From a virus (taxonomy: Duplodnaviria; Heunggongvirae; Uroviricota; Caudoviricetes), in IMG/VR virus record IMGVR_UViG_3300026549_000001, positions 122,569 through 186,568 of that record: DNA of 64,000 bases, one strand, 5' to 3'. Below the pieces are notes generated by a model, which saw nothing but the letters and a program-made list of their open reading frames with translations, was not told the origin of the DNA and ran no database searches. Positions within the stretch are counted from its first letter, which is position 1. Each line of letters starts with the position of its first letter. Position numbers and translations under genes: made by a program. Shown piece by piece: positions 46,341 through 55,723 of this stretch.

Positions 46341-47121
46341 CTATTCATTCCTTCCTAATTATAATTTATAGAGATAGTCCCCCCTATAGGAACGGGAGAA
46401 CTTTCTATCATTATTAAATAGGCTAAATTTATTATATCACATCTTCCATCAATTGTAAATACCTATACCAAGAATTTTTCAAACATCTCCCCCCTATTAT
46501 TGGGGTACTATATATAATAATATCTATTATGTAACTAATGAATAAGAAGAAAAAGAATGATTATAAAGAATGAGAAAGAATAATGATGTAGCAGATGAAT
46601 AATAATGTTAAAAGCATAATATGAAGAATGTATAATAAATAATAATATGGAAAGAGAATGTATAAATAACTATTCGGGAGAAAATGACATATTTTCGCTA
46701 CAATGTTCACAAGTTTAACATAAATGACACAACTTTGACATAGTTTACATAGATACATAGAAAAAATGTATATAAATAAAGGAAAAAGAATTCCCCCCTT
46801 TTATTGGTATAGTATAATAACAACAATAATAAATTATAACTATTACCAATGACCGAGCATAGCAAGGGCATTGAACATCATAAATTGAGCTTATGAACGA
46901 AGTGAATATGACAATTGTGATGTTATAATAATATAATATAAGAATATTATGTGTAGAATTTTTTGCAAATTAGCTTTTTTTCTATTTCTTTTTGTAGTTT
47001 AATGAAAAAATATAAAAGAAACATTAAAAAATATATTTTTTAAAAAACTTGTATAACTGTTGCATTGTTCTTTAAAATAAACTATAATAGTTATATCTTA
47101 TAAGGAAAGGATGCTTTAATT
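46341..47121. other. putative replication origin / divergent control region
   Basis: About 780 bp non-coding and very AT-rich; two copies of the CCAATAAWAGGGGGG motif; A-rich AATGA/AATAAT tract; gene orientation switches here; promoters TTTACA-17-TATAAT (minus, 46431-46459) and TTGCAT-17-TATAAT (plus, 47060-47088). Confidence 0.5.
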
Positions 47122-47667
47122 ATGTTATTTGTAACTTATACTATTAACGGAGAAGATTATAATGTAGAAATAAACCAATGGGGTAGAACTGCATTTGTAT
47201 TTACTCTAAATCCTTATAGTCGTGGAGAAGAATGTTCAATACATTATAGCAATACTCCCGAAGCGTATTTCTTATATAAGGGAACGAAAGTCTATATCAA
47301 TGATTTTAAAAAGTGTTCATTTGAGGAATTTTACACTCAATTGGAAAAAGCCCGAAAGCATGAGTATGAATCTCCTATTTCTATAACACAGCTTTTTCTA
47401 CAAATGCTTCTTACGGAGGGAGTTAAGACTTTAAAGTTTTCTGTACCCCTATTTTATGACCCTCTTCTTATAGAAGTAGAAGGATATGAGACTTCTAAAT
47501 ACTGCCACATTAACGATACTATATTAAAAATTAATCTCTCTGAACATAGTTGGATAGAATTTGAAGATGATGAACCTGAAGATACTGTCATAAAGCAAAG
47601 GTCTTTCCATATTGACCGAGTTGTAGAGCATCTTCTAAAAGGAACGATTGACATTATGAAGTGTTAA
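47122..47667 (+). CDS. hypothetical protein, paralogue of 34106-34624
   Basis: See paralogue. Confidence 0.7.
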   Translation: MLFVTYTINGEDYNVEINQWGRTAFVFTLNPYSRGEECSIHYSNTPEAYFLYKGTKVYINDFKKCSFEEFYTQLEKARKHEYESPISITQLFLQMLLTEGVKTLKFSVPLFYDPLLIEVEGYETSKYCHINDTILKINLSEHSWIEFEDDEPEDTVIKQRSFHIDRVVEHLLKGTIDIMKC

Positions 47668-47685
47668 TACACTATACTTATTTAT

Positions 47686-48222
47686 TTGGGGGTTTCAAAT
47701 ATGATTCATACTATAAATAATCAAATGTATTATGTGTCTGAATATTTTCCGTTCAAAAAGGTAGATGTTCATGAGATACGAAACTTCTCTTTTTATGTTG
47801 AGGAAGATGCGGCAAACTTTTCAGAATTGCCTGTAATAGAAGAAGGTAATCGTAGGAAGTTTTGGCTACCCTCCGAGGAACAGTATATTTATCTTGATGA
47901 TTTTGATAAAATTTCTATGGAGACTTTTATTGAAATGTCCAAAACAATGGTTTGTGGATATAACAGTGATTTCATCATTAAAGAAATATTCAGACAAATG
48001 TTGTATACCGAACGGGAAAGCAACCTTGTTATTTATGTAACAAATGGAATATTAAACCCTAAAACAAAATCTAATGATTATATAAGATGTAAAATCAATA
48101 AGTTTGATAAGTATAATGTATCGTTGACTGAAATTAAAAATCAAGAAAAACACTCAATACCGATTGGCGAAATGTCTATATATTTTGTAATCGGAGCGGT
48201 GATGTTTGTCGAAAGAGTATAA
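47686..48222 (+). CDS. hypothetical protein, distant paralogue of 47122-47667
   Basis: YLDDFDKISMETF vs YINDFKKCSFEEF; FRQMLYTE vs FLQMLLTE. Confidence 0.65.
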   Translation: MGVSNMIHTINNQMYYVSEYFPFKKVDVHEIRNFSFYVEEDAANFSELPVIEEGNRRKFWLPSEEQYIYLDDFDKISMETFIEMSKTMVCGYNSDFIIKEIFRQMLYTERESNLVIYVTNGILNPKTKSNDYIRCKINKFDKYNVSLTEIKNQEKHSIPIGEMSIYFVIGAVMFVERV

Positions 48223-48229
48223 ACAATAA

Positions 48230-48676
48230 TTGTTGAGAAGAAAGGACAAGACAAGATATATGTTAGGCTACAATATGCAATTTTTTAAATTTTTCAAATC
48301 TCTTGGCAAGCTACAAGAGTCATTTAATACTATGGTAAAACTTCCGTGTAGACTTAAAGTTGATGCTAATATCACTATTTGTGGTAGCGGCGACTTTTCA
48401 AATTTACATGACTACACATCCAACAGACAAGGATTAAATGCTTTGGCAGAAAAAATAACCCAAACTTCTGTTATTACAGAAGTAAATAATTTACTTCGAC
48501 ATCATCATGATAAATATAAGTGCGATGCAAGTGTACCAAAGGAAGTATGGGAACATCTAATGTTTGTTGCAGATGATACAGCCGATGATTATTCAAAATA
48601 TACTTGCGCTTTTTACATGAATACAGATATACTCGTAAAAATTGAGATAGCTATGTATCTGAAAAATTGTATGTGA
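48230..48676 (+). CDS. hypothetical protein
   Basis: ORF track. Confidence 0.55.
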   Translation: MLRRKDKTRYMLGYNMQFFKFFKSLGKLQESFNTMVKLPCRLKVDANITICGSGDFSNLHDYTSNRQGLNALAEKITQTSVITEVNNLLRHHHDKYKCDASVPKEVWEHLMFVADDTADDYSKYTCAFYMNTDILVKIEIAMYLKNCM

Positions 48677-48685
48677 GGATAACTT

Positions 48686-48961
48686 ATGTATTATATTTGT
48701 TATGATGTGAAATATTATGAAAAGTGGAAGGAAAGAATTGGTGAAATAGAAGCCCTAATGCAAGCTAAAAATATTGACTATAAGTTAGTGGCTGTGATGG
48801 AAAAAGACTTTAAAGGCGTATATGCCCCAGTTGATGATTCACACAATCCTTATTTTGTGTTTTGTACGCCTGTGCCTCCATGTGTAATAAAGCACGATTA
48901 TCAATACTACTATTATGATATATTTGCGTTTGAACATAAACTTAAAACGGGGAATCTATAA
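48686..48961 (+). CDS. hypothetical protein
   Basis: ORF track, RBS GAGG. Confidence 0.55.
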   Translation: MYYICYDVKYYEKWKERIGEIEALMQAKNIDYKLVAVMEKDFKGVYAPVDDSHNPYFVFCTPVPPCVIKHDYQYYYYDIFAFEHKLKTGNL

Positions 48962-49663
48962 ATGAGAATAATTGATACTAACTATGACTATTATGATTAT
49001 TTATCCTATCAATATGTAGATAATACTTTTACTTTTGATAGGAGAGATTCTTATGTATTATCAAAAGAAGTTTTTTGTGAAAAGCTATCTGCTTCTTTTA
49101 ACGCTTTCAAAAGAGCCTTTAATGTAGGAGATTATGTTTTTCTCAAACTACAAATATGTCATACATTTTGGTTGTTCTTGGTAGAAATAACAGAACAGCC
49201 ATATAATAGACAAATTAGTAATTATGACATTACTCTTATTGCTTCTTGGAAAAATTATAATAGTAATAGAACATTGTTATCTTTAGAAACCATTACTTTT
49301 CCGTTCTTTACACTTTATAATATTCAAAGGCGGGGCGGTAAGGAAAATATACTGACTGATAAAAATGTATCAGAATTTATTGAATTAGTAAATAGTTCAA
49401 AATATGAACAGTTAAAATCTTTTAACTATTTTGAAATACGAAATGGTGATTATTCTAAAACTATAAAAACACTACCACTATTAGGAATGTGTGGTATTCA
49501 AGAGATTATCCCCGCACAAGATGTTTACCAATCTCTTGAAGAATATTTTTCGTTAGAACAGCAATCAGCAGAACGCAGAGAATCAGTAGGGCTAACCGAT
49601 AAGGATAAAATCATAAATCATGGTTTTGACATTACAACATCTTTTAGAACTAAAAAGGAGTAA
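48962..49663 (+). CDS. hypothetical protein (MRIIxxxxDYYD type)
   Basis: ORF track; ends KIINHGFDITTSFR. Confidence 0.65.
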   Translation: MRIIDTNYDYYDYLSYQYVDNTFTFDRRDSYVLSKEVFCEKLSASFNAFKRAFNVGDYVFLKLQICHTFWLFLVEITEQPYNRQISNYDITLIASWKNYNSNRTLLSLETITFPFFTLYNIQRRGGKENILTDKNVSEFIELVNSSKYEQLKSFNYFEIRNGDYSKTIKTLPLLGMCGIQEIIPAQDVYQSLEEYFSLEQQSAERRESVGLTDKDKIINHGFDITTSFRTKKE

Positions 49664-49668
49664 AGTGT

Positions 49669-50046
49669 ATGAATGAAGTAACCTTTAAATATCAAACTAC
49701 CGTTGGGATAAAAAAGTCCATTATGAATTCATTATCTATTGAAGGAAAAGCGTGGATATTGAGACAATTAGGAAATGTGATGGGGACAGACCTTCCTTGT
49801 CTTGGTGTTTGGTCTGACAGCAATCATTATTTGTTTACAACTATACTTTCAGACCGCAAAACTTTTACATATATTCCAAAAGAATGTGTAGAAACTAATT
49901 TACTTATGTGGATGGCTCGAATTATATACAATGAAAAGTTTGCACCCCAATATGATAAATTATTTACAATATGTGGAGTTACAGTAGAGGCAATTTTATA
50001 TAGTGATGGCAATGAAAAATCATTATTTAAATTTGACTTAATTTAA
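49669..50046 (+). CDS. hypothetical protein, tandem paralogue of 50065-50436
   Basis: MARIIYNEKFAPQYDKLFTI vs YARLLYKQRFADRYNKMFEI. Confidence 0.6.
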   Translation: MNEVTFKYQTTVGIKKSIMNSLSIEGKAWILRQLGNVMGTDLPCLGVWSDSNHYLFTTILSDRKTFTYIPKECVETNLLMWMARIIYNEKFAPQYDKLFTICGVTVEAILYSDGNEKSLFKFDLI

Positions 50047-50064
50047 CATAAGGGAGGTAATGTT

Positions 50065-50436
50065 ATGTGTAATCTATCTATTAAATTTAGCACCCATGTA
50101 TTCTTAAAGAAAGAAGATATGCCTTATGAAGAAGATTGTATGGACTACACTCTTCACTTTATTAATGGGCTTGTTGGAAGAAATAACAATGAATGGAAAC
50201 TAACTGTAAACCAAAGTAAATATGTAAACATCTATACAGATAGATATGCCATTTATAATTTGCCTGATAAATGTGCCAATTTATCTTATCTTACGAAGTA
50301 TGCTCGACTTTTGTATAAACAGAGGTTTGCAGACAGATATAATAAGATGTTTGAGATAGGATGTGTTTTGGCAAGTATAACTTGTGACAATGACAATGAA
50401 CCCATAATATCTTGTTTAGTACAAATACAACCATAA
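50065..50436 (+). CDS. hypothetical protein, tandem paralogue of 49669-50046
   Basis: See paralogue. Confidence 0.6.
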   Translation: MCNLSIKFSTHVFLKKEDMPYEEDCMDYTLHFINGLVGRNNNEWKLTVNQSKYVNIYTDRYAIYNLPDKCANLSYLTKYARLLYKQRFADRYNKMFEIGCVLASITCDNDNEPIISCLVQIQP

Positions 50437-50438
50437 AA

Positions 50439-50467
50439 AAGAGGGATAGACTAAATCTATCCCTCTT
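50439..50467. terminator. terminator hairpin at the convergent junction
   Basis: AAGAGGGATAGA...TCTATCCCTCTT. Confidence 0.75.
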
Positions 50468-50606
50468 AATATATTAATACCTTTTATTATATGGTCGTAG
50501 CTTTCAAATTAGCCCGCTGTACGGTTCTTTATGTTAAGGTAATATAAAGTCATACCCAAATAAATTAAACGCCATACAGCCCAAATTTGAGCGTTTTAGG
50601 GGCATA

Positions 50607-51311
50607 TCACAAAGCCCCAATTTCTTGTAATCTTTTTATTGATTTTTCAAAGTATTCTTTTTTAATTTCACAACCAATAAAATTTCTATCTAAATTATAA
50701 CAAGCTACTGCCGTTGTAGCTGAACCTGAAAAACAATCTAATATAGTATCACCCTTATTGGAGTGTTTCTTTATCAATTCCTCTATTAAAGCAAGTGGTT
50801 TTTGAGTTGGATGAAATCTCCCTTTATCGTGACAGATAGGGAAATTATATATTCCATTATCATAGGAAGAATTAAATGTAGGACAACTGTGTTTAACCCC
50901 GACTACTGCTATTTCTCTTGCATTAGTCAAATAATTAGTTTTGCTGTTTAACGGAACAGGGTTTGTTTTCACATACTCAATAAAGCGTAACTGTTTGAAT
51001 TTTGCATTCTCAAAATATGCTTTAAGAATAGTAAGTTTCCACAAGTCATAAAAACAAATGAGCGTTCCATAAGGTTTTAAAATTCTATATATTTCTTTTA
51101 TAGCATTTTCTAAACCAATAAAATTATTATCCCACTCGCCAAAATACATTGACACTCTAAACCTATCTGTATCTTTATTTTTAGCCTCTCCACTTGCAAA
51201 ATTAGTATCTCTTGATATTTCGTATGGCGGGTCAATTATTGCTAACTCTACACTATTATCTTCTAATGTAGGTAATAATTTAAAACAATCTTCATTTAAT
51301 AATTTTATCAT
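50607..51311 (-). CDS. orphan amino-DNA methyltransferase (beta class)
   Basis: IIDPPY, HPTQKP, LDCFSGSATT. Confidence 0.9.
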   Translation of the reverse strand: MIKLLNEDCFKLLPTLEDNSVELAIIDPPYEISRDTNFASGEAKNKDTDRFRVSMYFGEWDNNFIGLENAIKEIYRILKPYGTLICFYDLWKLTILKAYFENAKFKQLRFIEYVKTNPVPLNSKTNYLTNAREIAVVGVKHSCPTFNSSYDNGIYNFPICHDKGRFHPTQKPLALIEELIKKHSNKGDTILDCFSGSATTAVACYNLDRNFIGCEIKKEYFEKSIKRLQEIGAL

Positions 51312-51347
51312 ATATGATAAAGCAACCTTCCCTCCTATTATAAATGG

Positions 51348-51887
51348 TTATGTTGGATGCGCCATTTGATATACAATAGAATGCTCTTCTTTCCATTCAG
51401 AAAAAGAACACTCTACTTCATCACCATCAAATCCTTTGAAAAATTGAACGACATAATTAGGATTAGAATATAAGGCTTCTAACAATAATACTTCTTTTAC
51501 ACCAAATCTATGAGTACCATAATTGGTATCATAATCTCCCCAAGAATCTACTTCAAAGAATCTGTCATGTTCCCCGAAACATACGGCTAACACATAGTTA
51601 GTAGGAAAGCCCAAATTATGCGGTATTCCTGTAATGGTTGGAATCTCTTGGTTATCTACAAAAATTCTTTGTACTCCGTTTTCAAATAATATAGAGTAAA
51701 ATGCTTCTTTATATTCTCTGTATACAAATAAAGTATATATACCATTCATATCATTTGGCACGGGCATAGTTTCTGTTAGATATACAGTAGGAGGTATTTC
51801 TAATCCTTCTACTTGGTAATATCGTGCAACCAATGAATGTGACGATGAACTGTTTGTTTCAAAAACACCTTTTCTTATTTTTATCAT
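51348..51887 (-). CDS. hypothetical protein (FETNSSS motif)
   Basis: MIKIRKGVFETNSSSSHSL N-terminus. Confidence 0.65.
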   Translation of the reverse strand: MIKIRKGVFETNSSSSHSLVARYYQVEGLEIPPTVYLTETMPVPNDMNGIYTLFVYREYKEAFYSILFENGVQRIFVDNQEIPTITGIPHNLGFPTNYVLAVCFGEHDRFFEVDSWGDYDTNYGTHRFGVKEVLLLEALYSNPNYVVQFFKGFDGDEVECSFSEWKEEHSIVYQMAHPT

Positions 51888-51944
51888 ATTTTTATCTTCT
51901 TTTCATAATTTGAATTTTTGGCGTTTATTTTAATTTTCAAAAAC

Positions 51945-51993
51945 ATACAATATATTGTGGTTTAATCACATAACCAACCACTATATATGGTAT
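51945..51993. promoter_or_regulatory. tandem NrdR-box-like palindromes
   Basis: ATACAATATATTGTGG (51945-51960) and CCACTATATATGGTAT (51978-51993), 33 bp apart, vs consensus acaCwAtATaTwGtgt. Confidence 0.45.
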
Positions 51994-52086
51994 ATTTTGA
52001 GGGTAAAAACATCAAAAGTGCCATTTTCAGCGCATTTTTTATAAAATATGGGTAATTATGCGTTTAAATTGCGTTTTTTATAAAAA

Positions 52087-52362
52087 TTATGCCCCCACTT
52101 GTTGTATAGCAAAAACCATTCTATATCTACCGTCATCGTAAACATACATATTACTATATTCTGAATCTTGCATCTCTTCTAATTCCAAGTCTAAATCAAG
52201 TTTATATTGTCTATCATTTAAACCATTTAAGTCGTATATATAATCTGTATATACACTTTCATTATGTTTTATTAGAACACGAAACTTGAATCGCAGATTA
52301 AAACTATCTTTTGTGAGATTTTCTACTCTGTTTTTTGCTTCAAATAGTTGTTTAATATTCAT
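52087..52362 (-). CDS. small protein, possible distant MTITEFF-family member
   Basis: N-terminus MNIKQLFEAK. Confidence 0.55.
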   Translation of the reverse strand: MNIKQLFEAKNRVENLTKDSFNLRFKFRVLIKHNESVYTDYIYDLNGLNDRQYKLDLDLELEEMQDSEYSNMYVYDDGRYRMVFAIQQVGA

Positions 52363-52580
52363 ATTAAATTTTTCCTCATATTTTTTCTATTAACCATTTA
52401 AAAAATTTATAACATAATAAAATCAATATATTCAAGCGCGGGAATAAAATTAACGGCACATATAATAAAATATATTATTGTTGGTTTGTAAAAACTCTTG
52501 ACTTTTAATAAGTATTGGGTATAATATACGCATACCCATTAATAAAATTATATAATGTAAATTAAGGGAGGTATTATTCT

Positions 52581-52661
52581 ATGTGGGACTTGCTTCTTCC
52601 CGCGCTCTTTGGAGTGATTATAATTTGGTTCGTGTGTAGGGACAGTCCATACAATCCTTGA
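52581..52661 (+). CDS. 26-aa hydrophobic peptide with its own promoter
   Basis: Not in the track. MWDLLLPALFGVIIIWFVCRDSPYNP; TTGACT-16-TATAAT at 52498-52525; RBS AAGGGAGG. Confidence 0.6.
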   Translation: MWDLLLPALFGVIIIWFVCRDSPYNP

Positions 52662-52712
52662 TAACTAATAACTATGCCTATCTTCCAATGGCAGGGCTTT
52701 TAATTATTGCAT

Positions 52713-52736
52713 AAAGTGGTGTTTTTCGACCACTTT
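52713..52736. terminator. terminator hairpin at the convergent junction
   Basis: AAAGTGGT...ACCACTTT. Confidence 0.6.
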
Positions 52737-52929
52737 AATTTTTTGTTATACGATTAAGCAATGCTCTATATTCAGGTGTGTTCTTAAAATGGCTACTTAA
52801 AGCACAATTAACTAAACCACCACCAAAAGTAGATGGTGGTTTATTCTCTTCTCTATGACGATAACTAACAGACCTATTAGCAATTGTTTTACTTTTGCGT
52901 AATAACTTGTTGTAATTTCTCTTTGTCAT
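52735..52929 (-). CDS. small basic hypothetical protein
   Basis: ORF track. Confidence 0.5.
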   Translation of the reverse strand: MTKRNYNKLLRKSKTIANRSVSYRHREENKPPSTFGGGLVNCALSSHFKNTPEYRALLNRITKN

Positions 52930-52934
52930 ATAGA

Positions 52935-53972
52935 TTACTTTTTCTTTTTAGATTTTTCTTTACTGCGGTCTAATGCTTTAGAAGGATTGTTCTTGCTACT
53001 GAAAGCATTATCTTCTTTAGTAGTACCTTCTGCGTGTTTAGCTTTTCTTGTTCTACTACCTAAATCTTTCTCTGCTTTCTTTTGGTCTTTACTGCGTTTC
53101 CAGTTGGGGTCATGACTTGTAATAGTTGCATTTGGCTGTGTCTTTGCAAATTCCTGTGCTTCTTTATTGGTAGCGAATTTCTTCACAGGCATATATCTTA
53201 CCCTACCATCAGCATCCGACCATATTTTAAGGCAAGTATTCGGTTGAGATAGAATACTTCTGTATTTTTGACAAAAGTCGTCAATATGTTTCTGAACATC
53301 GGCTTTACTTGCGTTTTTCGGACAGCTTCTAACATATTCGTTTCCTGTATAAGACTCTACCGTATATCCGTGGAAAACACTCATAGAAGTTTTAGTGTCT
53401 ACATAAGAAGAATTACCCTTTTGCATAGTTTTATTGGTTATGCGTGGGGCTTGAACACTCTGTCCCTGAATGTTGTTTCTACCACCAAAGTTTAAAACAG
53501 TCTTACCGCCGCCATCTCTATTCTTCGCATAATAATTCTCTGCTTTATAAATAGCAGTTTTATACTTTACAATTTGTTGTCGGGAGTATGGTTTCTGAAC
53601 AGCGGTTGCACCTCTTCTTCTCTTTGGTAATATATTACCCTCGCTATCCATCCAAATAGTTTTTTTAGGGGGAAAATCTTCGGGGTTAGTATTCATTTGA
53701 GATATTCTTACAGCGTTTGCTTCTCTTACTTGCGACTGTCCAAAATAATAATCTCTTGATTTGGTGGGTGCTTTGGTTTCTATCTTATGGTTAAATTCAC
53801 TTACACTTTTTACCCCTGCTTTGGATAACCCTTCTTCAGATATATCTTCCACCATACCTCTTGAAGCCCACATTACGGCTTCTCCGTGATTAACTCCAGA
53901 CTTACCATCAGCACTTGCAAACCTACCTCTTGCATCGTGGTATGGGTTTCCTTTACTACTTTTTCTATACAT
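52935..53972 (-). CDS. highly basic protein with N-terminal NPYHDARGRF motif
   Basis: Start reassigned to MYRKSSKG (RBS AAGGAG; a terminator hairpin at 53998-54024 lies in the longer track ORF). Confidence 0.7.
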   Translation of the reverse strand: MYRKSSKGNPYHDARGRFASADGKSGVNHGEAVMWASRGMVEDISEEGLSKAGVKSVSEFNHKIETKAPTKSRDYYFGQSQVREANAVRISQMNTNPEDFPPKKTIWMDSEGNILPKRRRGATAVQKPYSRQQIVKYKTAIYKAENYYAKNRDGGGKTVLNFGGRNNIQGQSVQAPRITNKTMQKGNSSYVDTKTSMSVFHGYTVESYTGNEYVRSCPKNASKADVQKHIDDFCQKYRSILSQPNTCLKIWSDADGRVRYMPVKKFATNKEAQEFAKTQPNATITSHDPNWKRSKDQKKAEKDLGSRTRKAKHAEGTTKEDNAFSSKNNPSKALDRSKEKSKKKK

Positions 53973-54060
53973 TAAAAATCTCCTTATTTGTATTAAAAAA
54001 GGACTATAAAGCCAATAGTCCTTTAAGGTCATTATTTATTAGAGAAAGTGTTATTATATA

Positions 54061-54444
54061 TTAGAGAATGCCAACACGCTTTGCAACTTCTTGTGCAACC
54101 TTCTTGACTTCGGCTTCATCATTTTGTCGCTGTTTTGCATCGGTTTTTTCATAATATAGTTTATACAGTTCTTCATCGGATAAAGTTGACAGTTCCTTAT
54201 TAGTGATTCCTGAACGCTTATAGTGTCCTTCGATAACATCACCCATCGCACAAATTACTTCTGAAAGTGCGTTTGTGTCAGTATCTTCATCTATACTTCC
54301 ACAATAATAAGTTCCATCTCCATTTGCATCGCCAATTTCAGGCTCAACACATTCATCTAATACTGCGCCTATATCTTCTTTGATTTCCTCAATCATATCA
54401 TTGGTTAAATTTTCGGTATTATAATACTTTGTAAATTCCTTCAT
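54061..54444 (-). CDS. acidic hypothetical protein
   Basis: ORF track, RBS AAGGAG. Confidence 0.6.
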   Translation of the reverse strand: MKEFTKYYNTENLTNDMIEEIKEDIGAVLDECVEPEIGDANGDGTYYCGSIDEDTDTNALSEVICAMGDVIEGHYKRSGITNKELSTLSDEELYKLYYEKTDAKQRQNDEAEVKKVAQEVAKRVGIL

Positions 54445-54497
54445 TTTTTAAGAAATCTCCTTTTATTTTTACCCATAAAAAGGGCATTGTATATTTC

Positions 54498-54526
54498 ATT
54501 ATAACATATTATATTACTTATGTCAA
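54498..54526 (-). promoter_or_regulatory. sigmaA-type promoter
   Basis: TTGACA-17-TATAAT. Confidence 0.75.
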
Positions 54527-54530
54527 TAGG

Positions 54531-55196
54531 TTATCCTAAAGTTGTGCTATTTACTTCGGAAGGTGTTTCAGTATTTGGTATAGGTTCAATTAAATTTTCT
54601 TCTGTAATATATAATACTTCAGCTTTTCCAAGTAGTTCCCCACCAAATTGTGAAAACTTTTTATTACCGTCTACTTCAATAATGCAGATACTATCAGTTT
54701 CTAATGTACCGTTGTTTAATGTGATTAATGCACCTTGTATTCTATCGGCTTTTACACTATTACCGTTTAATATCATCTTTCTAAAAGCACTTATATTGTT
54801 TGCAACAATATTACCACTTTCCATTATAACATTATCGGCTTTGATAGTACCATCTACATATAAAGTTCCAGAACCCCTAATAGTTAAAGTACCACTACAG
54901 TTAATTCCTACTTCTCTTGTTGCATCTTCCTTGAATGATATATGACTGTTTCCTTCGATAACAATAATACCATCACCGTTAATTATAATAGGAGTAGAAG
55001 AATATGTTTGGTCTACATTATATATATAGACTGTACCTTTATCTATTTGTATAGGCGTTTCTGCTAAAATGTTCTTTGGTCTGCCATCATCCCATTCGAC
55101 AGGTTTTTTAGCACATCCAACAGTTAATAGAAAGATACTACAAAGAAGAATAATTACTATTCGTTTCATAATATATTCCTCCTTTCTTAAAAACAA
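54531..55196 (-). CDS. putative lipoprotein with beta-helix-like repeats
   Basis: Lipobox TVGC; repeated I.I.G.G/GTL.I units. Confidence 0.65.
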   Translation of the reverse strand: MFLRKEEYIMKRIVIILLCSIFLLTVGCAKKPVEWDDGRPKNILAETPIQIDKGTVYIYNVDQTYSSTPIIINGDGIIVIEGNSHISFKEDATREVGINCSGTLTIRGSGTLYVDGTIKADNVIMESGNIVANNISAFRKMILNGNSVKADRIQGALITLNNGTLETDSICIIEVDGNKKFSQFGGELLGKAEVLYITEENLIEPIPNTETPSEVNSTTLG

Positions 55197-55717
55197 TTAT
55201 TAGCTAATATATCAATAAATTGATTTACAACAGATTGTTCGTCTTCATTGGCATTTAACATAACATCACAAATTTTTTCAAAATTTTGAAATGCCGTTTT
55301 GTCGTGGGAAACTCTTTCAAGTGCTTGTTGTTCTCCGCGTTCGACTTTCATTCTGTTATAAGCGTTTTCTTCCGAAACATTCAGACCTACTACCGTCATA
55401 TCTAAATAAGGACACCGTGTTTTAAGAAACTTTACACCTTCAACATCTATAATATATAGAACATCTCCATCCATAAGCATTTCTTCTGTAACGCCATATT
55501 CATTTCCATTGAAAAGTGTATAAGCTATAAGGTTCGGTCGATATGCTTCAAATTCTTCTTTTGATACAAAAGTATGACCTTTTCCTTGTGTTTCATTCGG
55601 GCGCATAGTTCTTGTTGTCAGGCTTGCAACTTCTTTGAAAAAATCAAACTCATTAAGCAAATTATTAACAAGAGCTGTTTTTCCCGCCCCACTCTTTCCT
55701 ACAATACAATAAAGCAT
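55187..55717 (-). CDS. gmk: guanylate kinase
   Basis: IVGKSGAGKT, SLTTRTMRPNETQGKGHTFVS, FNGNEYG, IIDVEG. Confidence 0.9.
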   Translation of the reverse strand: MLYCIVGKSGAGKTALVNNLLNEFDFFKEVASLTTRTMRPNETQGKGHTFVSKEEFEAYRPNLIAYTLFNGNEYGVTEEMLMDGDVLYIIDVEGVKFLKTRCPYLDMTVVGLNVSEENAYNRMKVERGEQQALERVSHDKTAFQNFEKICDVMLNANEDEQSVVNQFIDILANNCF

Positions 55718-55723
55718 AATTTA

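Noticed and set aside
46025-46758. ORFs 46025-46417 (+) and 46561-46758 (-)
   Set aside because: An antisense overlap and a low-complexity translation of the AT-rich region.
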